Shown here: positions 25,402 to 38,258 of the stretch, one piece after another
Position numbering within the stretch: position 1 is the first letter of the stretch
Layout: every line of letters starts with the position of its first letter
Assembly: GCA_951406725.2 (NCBI GenBank)
Contig: OX597835.1
Span: 15,624,001 to 15,688,000 of the forward strand
DNA from: Octopus vulgaris
Lineage: Eukaryota
DNA: 64,000 bases
Reading direction: 5' to 3'
Notes under the pieces: model-generated
Databases searched by the model: none
Told to the model about the DNA's origin: nothing
What the model saw: the letters and a program-made list of their open reading frames with translations, nothing else
Made by a program: the position numbers and the translations under genes

Positions 25402-27118
25402 GTAGGAACGTTAGAAAATTGACGACGATCTTGAGTACGATATCGTTCGATATTGTCAGAACATACATTATTATTACTCATAGGGTACAGCTGTGTGGTT
25501 AAGAAGCTTGCTTCCTCACCATGTGGTCTTGGGTTCAATCCCACTGCACGATACCTAAGCCTTGTGAGTGGATTTGCTAGGTGGAAACTGAAAGAATTCC
25601 TTTGTGATATGTATTGTACACCACACAGGTTACATCTGTCACTAGTGTTGTAGCAGTGTAGATATTCCTATCAAGAGATGCAGGAGTAGTTATGGCCTTG
25701 AATATGGTGGATGTTGTTTCTTCTGCTGCACATTTAGGTTAGATTTGTTCATCCAGGGCAAACTCATCCTATTATTTGTATATGAAGCAAGGGCGGTCAC
25801 ATTATGGAAGTAATGACCATGTAAAGGCCTGCCCTTATGGTTGTTTACCCTGAGTGTCTTCTATGTCATTAGTCTGTCCATTTTTGCTGCAGCCTCAAGT
25901 TTAGATTCTAGATTTATGGAAATCTAATATAATGTTTTTTAAGAATTTTATTGTTGCAATGGTAGTTAATTGGTTTCTTATGCATAATCCCAATTAATAG
26001 GGGCATATAAAAGCACACAGTACAATCTAAAGTGGGTGTCATTAGGAAGAGCATCTAGCAGTAGAAATCCTGTCAAAGTAGAGACATTGTAGTCTGACAC
26101 AGCCCTCTGGCTCATTGGTTCTTATCAAACCACCAACCCATGCCAGCATGGAAAATGGGGCATTAAATGATGATGATGATAACACAGCAGGCCCTGTTGC
26201 AAAGTTGGGAAGATAGAGGTCACATTGATAACAACTTTTTAAAATTGTTCCCTGATATTCAGCTGTTCCTCTTACTACCTTCTCTTCTTTGGATGTACAG
26301 CTGTTGGATGTCAGACCTAATTAGTGTGTAGTGCTTTATTAGATATTTAACATTGTAACGAGTCAAATCAAGGTCTGTATGGTCCAGTTTAATATTGCAG
26401 AGCCATGTGTTTTAATGATTGGTCCTGCAAATGTTATAATGGCATGGAAGGTGTTTCTGCTCTTCAGAGGAGTTTAAAAAATTTTTTAGACTTTGTTTGG
26501 CAACCTTACTCGTCACAGGCTTACATGGTGACTTGTCAATTGCTTGAGAATTTGTTGCAGACGAAGCAAGAAGTTTTGGATTTTCATAAAATACATAATC
26601 TGCCAGGTCTAGTATCTTGTCCAAGTGATGGAGAGTTGGCCAACTTCTGTCAAATTCTTGCAGTTATTATATTGATTTAGGTATTTATGAAAATAAATCT
26701 TCATTATTTGCAGAGAATAACCAAAAGCAAAGTAGTGGTTTTGTGAATATTAGGGATGTCAATCAAGAACTCCTTTAAGGAATACCAGAATTTTAGGCTT
26801 TGTTTGGCAACCTTACTTGCCAATGACACGAAAAAGAACTCACTACACTCTGTAAAGTGGCTTGCATTAGTAAAGCCATCTAGCTGAGGCATCCTGCCAA
26901 AACAGACCTTGTAACTTGATGCAGTCCTTTGACCTGTTGGATTCTGTTTAACCATTCAATCCACGCTAGCATGGAATACGGATGATAAAATTAATGTAAA
27001 TGTGATTGAAGGAAATTAGGATTTATCTATTAAATCTCTGTGAATAAATACAAAGTGTTGTTTATGACTGAATACTATTAAGTTTTGATATGTTAACACT
27101 TTTCATTTTCTTTTAAAG

Positions 27119-27203
27119 GATACAAATGGTCAAATAGCTGGTGGTGGAGTTTCTGTTTATTATTCCCATGCTTTGCAGTTATTATTCTTCAGTTATTCTC
27201 ATG
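27119..27203 (+). CDS. UBR4: UBR4 exon 8 ([28 protein letters not shown])
   Basis: AG/GT, phase 0/1, conserved [10 protein letters not shown]. Confidence 0.95.
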
Positions 27204-28250
27204 GTACGTCCATCTTTTAATTTACAATTATTATTATTAGTACATCTGTCTTTGTTTATCATGGGGTTTGATTTAAAAAGAACATCTGGAGCCTGGTGCA
27301 GCCTCCTGGCTTCCCAGACCCCGGTCGAACCGTCCAACCTATGCTAGCATGGAAAACAGACGTTAAACGATGATGATGATTGCAATAAATGAATTATCTC
27401 CATGCACTTTATAAATGGAACAATGGTAGATTCACAACCCACAGCAATGAAGCTTCTACCATTGCATATTTTCCTCATCATCCTCTACCTTTTCTGTGGA
27501 GAATACACTCATTTGCATTGTTAGGCTGAGGGGCTTTTCCTTTTTTCCTGTTCACTAGTACCATGTTGACGGGGTACAGGTATGTAAATCTGTGTAAAAA
27601 AAATACGCAGACTCCCAGCATTGTGATGTAAACACAGGTGATACCCAGTGCATTCTGGGTACCTAAGCATTGTGGGCAGTCCCTGGGGCATGTTTTTGTA
27701 GTACAAGCAGAATCTTCAACTGATCATCAACCTGGGTTATCACTATCACAGGTCAATCCCCGATAAGTGTAACACAGTTCACAATTGAGTGGACCTTGCT
27801 ATTCTGGATCAGTAATGAATGAATTAGTAATAAACTATTAATTTGTGTTGTTTTTTACATTGACATGTAATGTACTAAATTTTGGGGCCATGATAAGCGA
27901 CCAACATGTTTGGCAATATAAGACCTGTCAAGCGAAGTGAAATCATAGTCGTAGTCAATGCTGGTGTCATGTGATTGGCATTCGTGCCAATGGCATGTAA
28001 AAAGCACTCATTACACTCTTTGAGTGGTTGGTATTAGGAAGGGCATCCAATCGTAGAAACCATGCAAAATCAGATTGGAACCTGGTGCAGCTCTCCATCT
28101 TACCAGTTTCAGCCAAACTGTCCAACCCATGCCAGCATGGAAAGCAGACGCTAAATGATGATGATTTATTAGTTGTAACTATTTCTCAAAAGTTTGAGTT
28201 TTTTTTCCTTCTGAATATATTTTAATTTCTATTTTAATTTGATTTTTCAG

Positions 28251-28323
28251 GAAAAAGCTTTATTGCCTCTGTTGCCAAAGACCTCTCTCAAGTTATCAAT
28301 CTGTTTCCAATTGTACTAAAAAG
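28251..28323 (+). CDS. UBR4: UBR4 exon 9 (GKSFIASVAKDLSQVINLFPIVLK)
   Basis: AG/GT, phase 1/2. Confidence 0.92.
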
Positions 28324-28409
28324 GTTTGGATCAAACTTGATTTACATTTTTAAATGTTACCATTTCACTATTATTATTTTATTGTATGTTGAAAATTATA
28401 ACGAGCAAC

Positions 28410-29309
28410 TTAACCCTTTTGCTACCATATTTCTGCTGAGATGCTCTGTGTTTCTTTCATTTAATTTTTAAAAATATAACAAAGAATTTAGTAAAATAAC
28501 TTAGTTATCATTAAGCTAGTGTTAGGGACATAAATTGTGACTAAGGTTTGGTGGAAGATTTTAATTCAGAACTTTTGAAAACAAGACATTTGTACTACAG
28601 AGCCAGAGTGAATTTCAGCCAGGTTGGTATTAAAAGGGTTAAGAATTGTTTCTCTATTATATATTTTAACCCTTTTGCTACCATATTTCTGCTGAGATGC
28701 TCTGTGTTTCTTTCATTTAATTTTAAATATAACAAAGAATTTAGTAAAATAACTTAGTTATCATTAAGCTAGTGTTAGGAACATAAATTGTGGCTGAGGT
28801 TTGGTGGAAGATTTTAATTCAGAACATTTGGAAACGAAACATTTGTACTCAGAGCCAGTTTCAGCTGTTGGTATCAAAGGGGTTGGTATCAAAAGGGTTA
28901 AATATAACAAAGAATTTAGTAAAATAAGCTAGTGTTAGGAACATTAAATTGTGACTAAGGTTTGGTCGAAGATTTTAATTCAAAACTTATGGAAACAAGA
29001 CATTTGTACTACAGAACCAGAGTCAGTTTTAGCCAGGTTGGTATCAAAAGGGTTAAGAATTGTTTCTCTATTATATATTTTAACCCTTTTGTTACCATAT
29101 TTCTGCTGAGATGCTCTGTGTTTCTTTCATTTAATTTTAGATATAACAAAGAATTTAGTAAAATAACTTAGTTATCATTAAGCTAGTGTTAGGAACATAA
29201 ATTGTGACTGAGATTTGGTGGAAGATTTTAATTCAGAACTTTTGGAAACGGGACATTTGTACTACAGAGCCAGGGTCAGTTTCAGCCGGGTTGGTATCAA
29301 AAGGGTTAA
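28410..29309. repeat. Tandem array of piggyBac-like MITE family B (about 3.6 units of about 255 bp)
   Basis: Units TTAACCCTTTTG...CAAAAGGGTTAA; monomers near 1622, 6735, 7466, 7690; dimer at 44562-44998. Confidence 0.85.
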
Positions 29310-30299
29310 TTGATATTTTAAAAGCTTACTATTTTGCTACTGAGGAATCTGAACAAGTTATTGATTACAAATAAACCTTGTGAAAATGCAAATGTATTTG
29401 AGAAAGTGGAGGTAGGGGTGACAGAATGTTGATAGAATTGTTAGTGTCAGACTATTTGGCTTGCAGTGATTCTTTCAACTCTTTCCACTCTGAGTTCAAT
29501 TCCTGTCAAGGTCACCTTTGCATTTCATTTCTCTGAGGTCAATAAGATATTGATTTAGTTCTGGAGTAGATGGTATCAACCACCCACTCCTCTTCAAAAT
29601 TGCTGGCCTCGTTATAAATCCTCTTCCTTTTAATTTTCTTGATTCTTATGTTGTGTGTGTGTGTGAGATCATCATTTAACGTTCCCTTTTTGATGCTGGC
29701 ATGGGTTGGATTGTTTGACAAGAACAAGCCAGAGGGCTGTGTTAGGTTCTATCTCTGCTTTGATATGGTTTCTACAACTGGATGCCCTTCCTTAAGTCAA
29801 GCATTTAAGTGTATCAGGGCTTTTTACAAGGCACCAGCACTGGTGAGGTTCACAAGTGCCTGCAAGATAGGACCCCTTCAAGTGAGTGGATCATAGAATG
29901 AAGGGATTAGAAACTGTGATAAAGGCACCAAGAGCAGGGATCTTGCTGAAGAGGTGAATACATGGCTTGCTCATCGAGAGAGAGATGTAAGGTCCATGTA
30001 TGAGGTGAATGACAGACACTAGCATAGAGGAGCAGAACAGGTGAATGTGAAGTAGGTAAGTGCACTGAGTGTAAATGATGTGATTGATGATGAGAGATAG
30101 GGAATGAGTTGGATGCAGAGGATATCAGTTCAGCAGAAGGGAAGTTGAAGGAGTGAAATAGGGTAACATAGAAGAGTGATAGAAGAATTGGCTGTTTGAA
30201 GGTGAGTTGTAGGTTAGGGAAAGATTTGACAGAAATGGTTACCCTACATTATTCTGTAAGGAATGTAGGGCCAATTTCCCTGTTTCTCTGCCATATATA

Positions 30300-30343
<44 letters not shown>

Positions 30344-30347
<4 letters not shown>

Positions 30348-30480
30348 TGTCCCAAAAGTTTGTAAACACTTGCGAAAATTGAATTTTTACTCGCCAAGTA
30401 CTAACAAAAACAACAAAAATTATTCCTCAAAATAAAGACCATTATTTTCCAAGACTTTCTACAAACTTTTGGGACAACCT
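30344..30480. mobile_element. Tc1/mariner-type MITE, 137 bp
   Basis: Perfect 21-bp TIR AGGTTGTCCCAAAAGTTTGTA with TA flanks. Confidence 0.85.
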
Positions 30481-30592
30481 TATATTTATTTCTCCCAGTC
30501 CGTCACTGAAATATTCATTTTTACCAATCAAGTGGATTCTGCTGATATATATGTGTTTAATTGTTTTTTTCTTTCTTTCTTTTTTTTTGTAG

Positions 30593-30782
30593 TAACAGTG
30601 GTTCTAATGGTAGTAGTAAAGGCAGTAACAACAACCAGTCCCTAGTCCAGTGGTCAGAAGTCCCTGGCCACCCTGGTTTGGTTTACTGTATGACCCAAAG
30701 TGCAAACAATCCAGTCATCCTCATGATCAAGCCAACTTGCATTCTTCTTCAAGAAATTAAAGTACTCCCAGCAAAAGCTAAG
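30593..30782 (+). CDS. UBR4: UBR4 exon 10 (QWSEVPGHPGLV...QEIKVLPAKAK)
   Basis: AG/GT, phase 2/0, conserved peptide. Confidence 0.95.
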
Positions 30783-31771
30783 GTTTGTCTGATTTGTTAA
30801 ATAGCTGAACTTTATATCATCAAATATTTAAGGTTGTCAATTGTGTTCCATTGTGTAAACATTTCTTGGCTGTGCATTGAAGTCCTAATATGGATTCATT
30901 AGTGAGTAATTATTTATCAAAGACAGCTGAAAAGGTGGCTGAAAGTATTTTGTTAGGCCTATCCTTTCATGCCCTACACCCAACCAAATCTCTTAATCCT
31001 AAATCCCACCAAGAGCGCATGCAGTAATTCTGGTGAAAAAAGCAAAAAAAATCACTAATGAATCCATATCAAAAAAAAACATGAGCGGCAACTCTTAAAT
31101 GAAAAAGAACATCTCCCAGCTTTTATCCACTTCCTGTTATTCCTACAAGGCCATCATCTGAGATGTAAAATAAACCTTTGTACATCACAGTCCATATACT
31201 CTCTTGCTCCCAAGCTGCACCAGATATCTTTAGTAAGCGACCGAAAGGATCTCTACCAATTTTTCCAACCTTCCCATGGCTCTTTCTGCAGTACTCTTGA
31301 GGAGGAAGCCCCCACATTTGCTGCTCACTTTTGCTTCTAGTATGATTTGGCATGGTTTCTGTGGCTGGATGCCCTTCCTAATGCCAACCACTCCAAGAGT
31401 GTTGGGGGGACTTTTATGTGCCACTGGCACGGGTGCTAGTTATGTGGCACCAGTATCTGCCACAATAGTTGCGTGATTACATAAATTTCAATTAAGAATT
31501 TTCAATACAAGAATCAATATTGTGGAAAATTTTTATGATTACAGACATAGTGACTCATTTAATTGTCATTGATTTTAAATATATTTGAAACTTCAAACTC
31601 TTGGCTTTTTTCCTTTTGTTTGTTTTACATCATAAAATATAATAATAAAGAATAAAAGCTCTTAAACAGCTTAGTTGAATTATCCTGTCTTCCTCCCCCC
31701 CTCTCTCTCTCTATTTTATCTTACTTTATTAAATTTTGTAATCGTCTCATAAGTTTTCATTTTATTTCTAG

Positions 31772-31819
31772 ATACAAGACATAGTGGCCATTAGACATCC
31801 TGCCTCCAATTCAGATCTG
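31772..31819 (+). CDS. UBR4: UBR4 exon 11 (IQDIVAIRHPASNSDL)
   Basis: AG/GTAAGA, conserved IQDxVAIRH. Confidence 0.93.
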
Positions 31820-31990
31820 GTAAGATGATGATTCTTTTTTGTTTTTATGTTTTCTTAACAACTGTTTCGTGTTTTGGCATAGATTTAATAATATTTTTGG
31901 AGTGAAGAAAATAGTTTCTATTGGAGGTTATATTATTTAATAATAATGACACGTGTGGATTAATGTTTTAAGTCATTTGTTTACTTTCAG

Positions 31991-32144
31991 CAACGTACAA
32001 CAATGATTTTGTTGTGTGAAGACGGTAGTTTGCGTATATACATGGCAAATATAGAGAACACCAAATATTGGCTGTCTCCATATTTACAACCTCAAAACCC
32101 AATAGCTGCTCTTAGACCAACAAAAAAGAAAATCTGTAAATCAG
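31991..32144 (+). CDS. UBR4: UBR4 exon 12 ([20 protein letters not shown]...)
   Basis: AG/GT, diagnostic [11 protein letters not shown]. Confidence 0.96.
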
Positions 32145-32410
32145 GTAATTTATTATTATTATTGTTATTGCTGAACAAGGAACTTTTGTAAAAATTGTTT
32201 CACAATGAATTTCATTTGGACATTATTTTCAATTTGATATTTATTTTAAATTTATTAGCCTGACTTATTGTCATTCCTGTGGGTCAGTCAGAGATCATGG
32301 ACCATAGTAGAGAGGTCAGCTTGTCCACAAGTTTTAAAAGACAATACCAGCTACCAGGGTATTATTAGCATGTCAAGAAATTGTGGCTCAGTATATATAT
32401 GTCTTTAGCA

Positions 32411-32794
32411 CTCTTTTACTTGTTTCAGTCATTTGACTGCGGCCATGCTGGAGCACCGCCTTTAATCGAGCAACTCGACCCCGGGACTTATTCTTTTGTA
32501 AGCCCAGTACTTATTCTATCGGTCTCTTTTGCCGAACCGCTAAGTAACGGGGACATAAACACACCAGCATCGGTTGTCAAGCAATGCTAGGGGGACAAAC
32601 ACACATGCACATACATATATATACATATGTATGACAGGCTTCTTTCAGTTTCCGTCTACCAAATCCACTCACAAGGCTTTGGTCAGCCCGAGGCTATAAT
32701 AGAAGACACTTGCCCAAGGTGCCACGCAGTGGAGCTGAACCCAGAACCATGTGGTTGGTAGGCAAGCTACTTACCACACAGCCACTCCTGCGCC
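32411..32794 (-). mobile_element. tRNA-derived SINE family 1 copy
   Basis: High identity to 2051-2465. Confidence 0.85.
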
Positions 32795-34023
32795 TATGTT
32801 CTTATCTTTTTAGCATTCAGATTACTTTGTCAAATGTAATGCTTATTTATTCACATTGTTTTGAATTAATTGTGCATTACAGGGTAGCAGCGCTTAGCAA
32901 TGGTGTGTATAAATACAAGGTTATTACCAGTTCAAATATCGTTGGGGCATATCTGAACCTGGAAGACAGCCATTCACTGTTTTGTCACGGAGAAACAAAC
33001 AAATGGTGTAAATACACCATAATGAGCTTGCAATACCACCTTCCCAGGTTGTGGGATGCAAGCATTTCAAAGTGCTTATTTTGTAGCTTTGAGATTTCAA
33101 TGATGTGATTGTGTATTTTTAGTATGGCATTGTAAATTAGGTGTGAGAGACTGAATCTGGCTGGTTTGGACATAAAGGATGAAGAATATTTGGGCCACAT
33201 ACAGCCAGTTTAAATGCAAACGAGTTAATTAATTTTTGCATTTCATTCTTGCAGTGTGTAAATACCAGGAATGTTAAGGTATTTATACATTATGCAGAGA
33301 AAACATGATTTTTGATAATTCATCTGTCCACCCAACTGACCACTAACTTGTTAGTAACGAGGGTAAAATATACAATCAAGGTATGATTGTGGCTTGCAAG
33401 AGATTAAACCAAGGGAGTTATCTGGACAATGTTCTTCTGATAGTGATGAAAGACATGAAGACAAAGAACTCTGTCACTTTAACAACCACCTCCAGTTTGC
33501 TGTATTCAGTTTAGCAGCTTCTTGGAAGACATTGAAGACAGTCACTCTGGCCTATGTGAATGCTTTGTTAGACGCTTCTGTTGGCTGTGGAAGGAGAACA
33601 TGGTTTTGGAGGATGTCATCACGAAACTGATGCACAGAAATAAATTGACCAGTGAAATCAACAACACAGTTAGGATACTATCATAAAATGATGTTTAGAA
33701 AGTAGCCAATGGGAATGATAACCATATGAGGAAGAATTAGCTTACTTGAATGTATATCACACCAGGTTGAAATGGAGGTGGGGTGGGGGTGAAGAAAAGA
33801 AAAATCACTTGAGAGACCCATTTGTATGAGACTTTAATCACAAGTAGTTTAAGTAAAAAATATTCACTTTATTGTGTATGGGGTATTTTTATACTTTACT
33901 TTACAAACTATAACAGTTGACGTGCTTTTTTTTTTTTTTTTTTTTTTTTTTTGAGATAATCTGAAAATGGAGTTTAGACAATTATTTAATTCCCCGTTTC
34001 TTTTTTCTCTTTTTATTTTTTAG

Positions 34024-34094
34024 GACGGCCATCAGGATCTGTGAATTTTCCCATTGATTTCTTTGAACACTGTCAGTCAACAAACGATATAGAG
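34024..34094 (+). CDS. UBR4: UBR4 exon 13 (VNFPIDFFEHCQSTNDIE)
   Basis: AG/GT, phase 1/0, conserved FPIDFFEH. Confidence 0.94.
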
Positions 34095-34239
34095 GTTTCT
34101 ATTTGTTATATTTGTCCTTCGTTTATCTACTGGAAAGCCTGTTTTTTTAAAGTTTTTTTTTTCTTCTTGCATGCTCTCTCTCTGATTCCCCTGAATGCAA
34201 CTGTTGGAGCTAGGTCCCTTTTGAGATAGTTTTGTAAAT

Positions 34240-34640
34240 AGGTTTGTTTTACAGTTCTATATTTAAGAGATAAGGAATTATGTACAGTATTTACATTATT
34301 TACATTTGATGGATATTTGTCCTCATCTTGTTTGTTGTTAACACAACATTTCAGCTGATATACTCTCCAGCCTTCATCAGGTGTCTTGGGGAAATTTTGA
34401 ACCTGGGTTTTTGTTCCTAGGGTATTTTTCAATGTTATTATTCAGGTCACTGCCTGGAATCAAACTTGGAATCTTGGGGTTAGTAGCCCGCGCTCTTAAC
34501 CACTACACCATATGTCCGTGGGTATAATAATAATAATAAAAATATTGAAAAAATACCTCAGGAATGAGAACCCAGGTTTGAAATTTAGGAATGAGGGCCC
34601 AGGTTTGAAATTTCTGTCAAATATAAATAATGTAAATAGA
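34240..34640 (-). mobile_element. Penelope-like terminal repeat fragment, partly inverted, with an embedded tRNA-like head
   Basis: Inverted arms about 34392-34440 / 34534-34586; hammerhead-like motif 34341-34384; tRNA-like sequence about 34443-34522 on the minus strand. Confidence 0.6.
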
Positions 34641-35841
34641 TTTGTTTTGTTACCAAGAAAATAGGTGATCCATCATCATCATTTAACATTTATTTTCTAT
34701 GCTGGCATGGGTTGGATGATTTGACAGAGTTTGGCAAAGCCAGAGTGCTACACCAGGCTCGGTTTGTTTTGGCATGTTTTCTGTGGCTGGATGTCCTTCC
34801 TAAAACCAGCCACTTTACAGAATGTACTGGGTGCTTTGTATGTGACACCAGTGGGGTTGCCAAGTAGCTTGCAAGACAAAGACCTCTTAGCAGAGAGAGA
34901 GAGAGTGGAACTGAGAGAAGTGGCTGTGATAGGTTAGAGTAGTATTTCTCAGCTGGGCCTCCCCAGAACCCTAGGGTTCCACAAAAGGTTCCTAAGGGTT
35001 CTGTGAGAAAGAGTGAGATAAGCTAATGCTAATTTCATGATCGTAATATTACTATACATGTATGTGGCAGATGCCAGTGCCATCTGACTGGCATGTAATA
35101 AGCACCAAACAGTGAAAGGCAGAGTTGACCATGGTAGGATTTGATCTCAGAACACAGAAAACAACAACAAATACTGTGAAGCATTAAATCCATTGCATTA
35201 ACAACTCAGGCTAATTTGCTACTTTGTCTAAATACTTTTGATAATAAACCACATACTGGCATTCTGTTGGTTACAATGACAACAGTCCCTGTTGATCCAT
35301 TCAGCAAAACAGCCTGCTCGTGAAATGAACAAATTTACATGCAAGTGGCTGAGCGCTCCACAGACATGCATACTCTGAACATAGCTCTTAGGCAGATTCA
35401 GCATGACAGAATGTGACAAAACTGGCCCTTCGAATCACAAGTACACCCACGACTCGTTTTTACCAGCTGAATGGATTGAAGCAATGTGAAATAAAATGTC
35501 TTGCTCAAAGGCAGAACATGCCACAAGGAATCGAACTCACAACCTTACAATCGTGAGCTGAACGACTACCCTAACCAACTAAGCCACAAGATTGTATTAA
35601 AATTTGATGAACACTGGAAAAGAATTGAAACACATTGGTTCCATATACTCAAAGCTATTTTTTTCCTCCTTAAACTTAATAAGGAAATCATAGCAAGGGT
35701 CGATAAATTAAGTACCAGTTACGCACTGGGGTCGATGTAATCGACTTAATTCGTTTGTCTGTCCTTGTTTGTCCCCTCTGTATTTAGCCCCTTGTGGGTA
35801 ATAAAGAAACATATGTTAGAAATTTTTATCTTCTTTTTCAG

Positions 35842-35931
35842 TTTGGTGGAAATGATATCCTGCAGGTTTATAATGTTGCACAAGTAAAACATCGCTTGAT
35901 TACTGGTGGAATGTATATTGTCAGCACAAAG
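35842..35931 (+). CDS. UBR4: UBR4 exon 14 (FGGNDILQVYNVAQVKHRL...STK)
   Basis: AG/GT, conserved peptide. Confidence 0.95.
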
Positions 35932-36819
35932 GTAAAAACCAAAACTATTTAACAGACTTGTTGCTCTTGTCATTAAGACACATCGTCTAGATTTTTAGTT
36001 TTGTTTTTCATTTTCATGTTTAAATTTTAAACTCTAATATTTAACAATTTTATTCTACTTCCTAATTATTTTTTCAAGTTGTTCTGGAATGATCAAATCA
36101 TGATCAGTATTTAACACCTGCTTTTCCATGTTTGCATGGATCAGACAGAATTTATTGAGGTAAATTTTCTACAACTGGATGCCATTCCAGTCAGCCACCC
36201 TCACCTGTTTCCACGCACAAAGTGGCATGTCCATAGGAAATGCTATCTCAAGATGAATGAATACCTTTAAATTTTGCATATCCTAATGTGTTTACATTGT
36301 GTATGATACATAAATGGCTATTTTGATCTAATACTGCTTTTGTTGCATATAATGGATATTTACTCAGCTGGAAAGCTACCTGCAACACCATTGTTTTTTG
36401 CAGTGTTCATATATCTCTGTAGTGATGGATTTTGTTGAAGCATGCTGGCTGTGAGGATATGTTATTGATAACACCTAATGATGCAGAAATCCATTGAACA
36501 TTCATATTTGCTGCTGCTGAGACAAGATCCATCTCCTTCGTATATACACATTGTTTTTTTTTAAACAGTGCATCCATAGGAGATACCATTTCTGGATGAA
36601 TACTACTATAAATTTGCCTTCCAACGGTGTATTTATATTAAGTATGATACATAAATGGCTATTTTAATCTAATACTGTTTGTTGTGTAGAAGGGGGACAC
36701 AACACACACAGACATACATATACATTAGTATGTATACACACACATACATATAAATACTGAAATGCTGTCTTAAATGTATTGAAGATGAACTACATATATA
36801 TTTTTATTTTCTTTTGAAG

Positions 36820-36951
36820 CCTGGAGGTTTTACCATTGAGATTACTAATACAAACAGCAACAATGTGATGGTTGGTGTGCGAGTATCTGTAGGCAATATG
36901 AGTGTTGAAAGAGCTCCTTCCTACTTGGAAGTATTTGGCAGAACAGTGCAA
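36820..36951 (+). CDS. UBR4: UBR4 exon 15 (PGGFTIEI...ERAPSYLEVFGRTVQ)
   Basis: GAAG acceptor, GTAAGG donor, conserved peptide. Confidence 0.94.
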
Positions 36952-38173
36952 GTAAGGAACAAAGTCTACTATTGTTTATTTTGTTTTGATTTCTTTTATA
37001 TAATTACATAAATGTATCTTTTGTCTTTAGCTGGTTTCAGTCATTGGACTGTGGTCATGCTGCAGAACTGTCTCCAAGATTATAGTTGAACTAATTGACC
37101 CCAGTGATTGTGGTGTTTTTTTTTCTTTTTTAAAGTTTGATATTATTCTGTCAGTCTCTGTTACCAAGCTGCTACATCATGGGGGGCATAAACAAACCAA
37201 CACCAGTTGTCAGGTGGAATGGGTAGGCTGTCAGAAACAAAGACCCCACACTATACAGTGAGCTTCCATTACAGTTTCTACCTACCAAATCCGCTCAAGC
37301 CACTGGCTTTCCAGACCTCAGTCAAACCATCCAACCTATGCCACCATGGAAAACGGATGTTATATGATGATGATGATGATGATTTGATGACTTTAAAATA
37401 ATATAGTTTGGCACAAGTGTGGCCGTGTGGTAAAAAGTTTGTTTCCCATCCACATGGTTCCAGGTTAAGTGTCTTCTGCTGTGTAGTCTTGGGCCAACCA
37501 AAGCCTTATTAGTGGATTTGGTGAGCAGAAACTGAAAGAAGCCTGTCTTATGTGTGTGTGTCTTTGTGTCTGCATTTATGTTCCCGTCACTTAGCAGTTT
37601 GGAAAAAGAGACCAATAAAGTAAGTACCAGGCTTAATTTAAAAAAAACAGTACTGGGGTCAGTTTGACTAAAATTCTTCAAGGTGGTGCCCCAGCATGGC
37701 CACAGTCTAACGGTGGAAACAAAAGATAAAAAGGTGGAATCGGTTATCTCATTAAGTTTGCTTGGTCTGAAGCATGTCTTGTGTATTAGATGTTTCTATG
37801 GAATGCATGCTAACCCCAGAATATTTCATAACAATATGATTCTAGAAATTGTTGGTTGTCTGTGCTTAATAAGTAACTCTACAATATTACTCGAGTGTAT
37901 CAAATTGTAAAATTTGTTCTAAAATGCAATTATGCACACTCAGCTTAGCATTCTAAAGATTTGCAGTTTTGTAGTTTTATTTCAGATATTTGTGTACATT
38001 TGGACATGGAATGACTATGCAGAGTATTGTGTTTCCTTGTGCAAATGAACACAGACATGTTACATAAGACTGTACATTACTATATTTCATGCAACACTGT
38101 TTGGTGTACTTTAATTAATTCTAAAGATTATTTTTAATCTGCTAAATCGAAGTTGTTTTTTTACTTCTTAAAG

Positions 38174-38258
38174 GTGAGTGTATCAAGAGTTCGTTGGCAT
38201 GACTTGCCTTTCACCAGAGAAGAATCGTTGATGGCAGATAAAAAATTCAACCTATTTG
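38174..38258 (+). CDS. UBR4: UBR4 exon 16 (VSVSRVRWHDLPFTREESLMADKKFNLF)
   Basis: AAG acceptor, GTAAGA donor, phase 0/1; matches RWxDxPFTREE. Confidence 0.93.

Noticed and set aside
31080-31353. Stop-free frames on both strands (about 80 codons)
   Set aside because: No identifiable homology; UBR4 reads continuously without it
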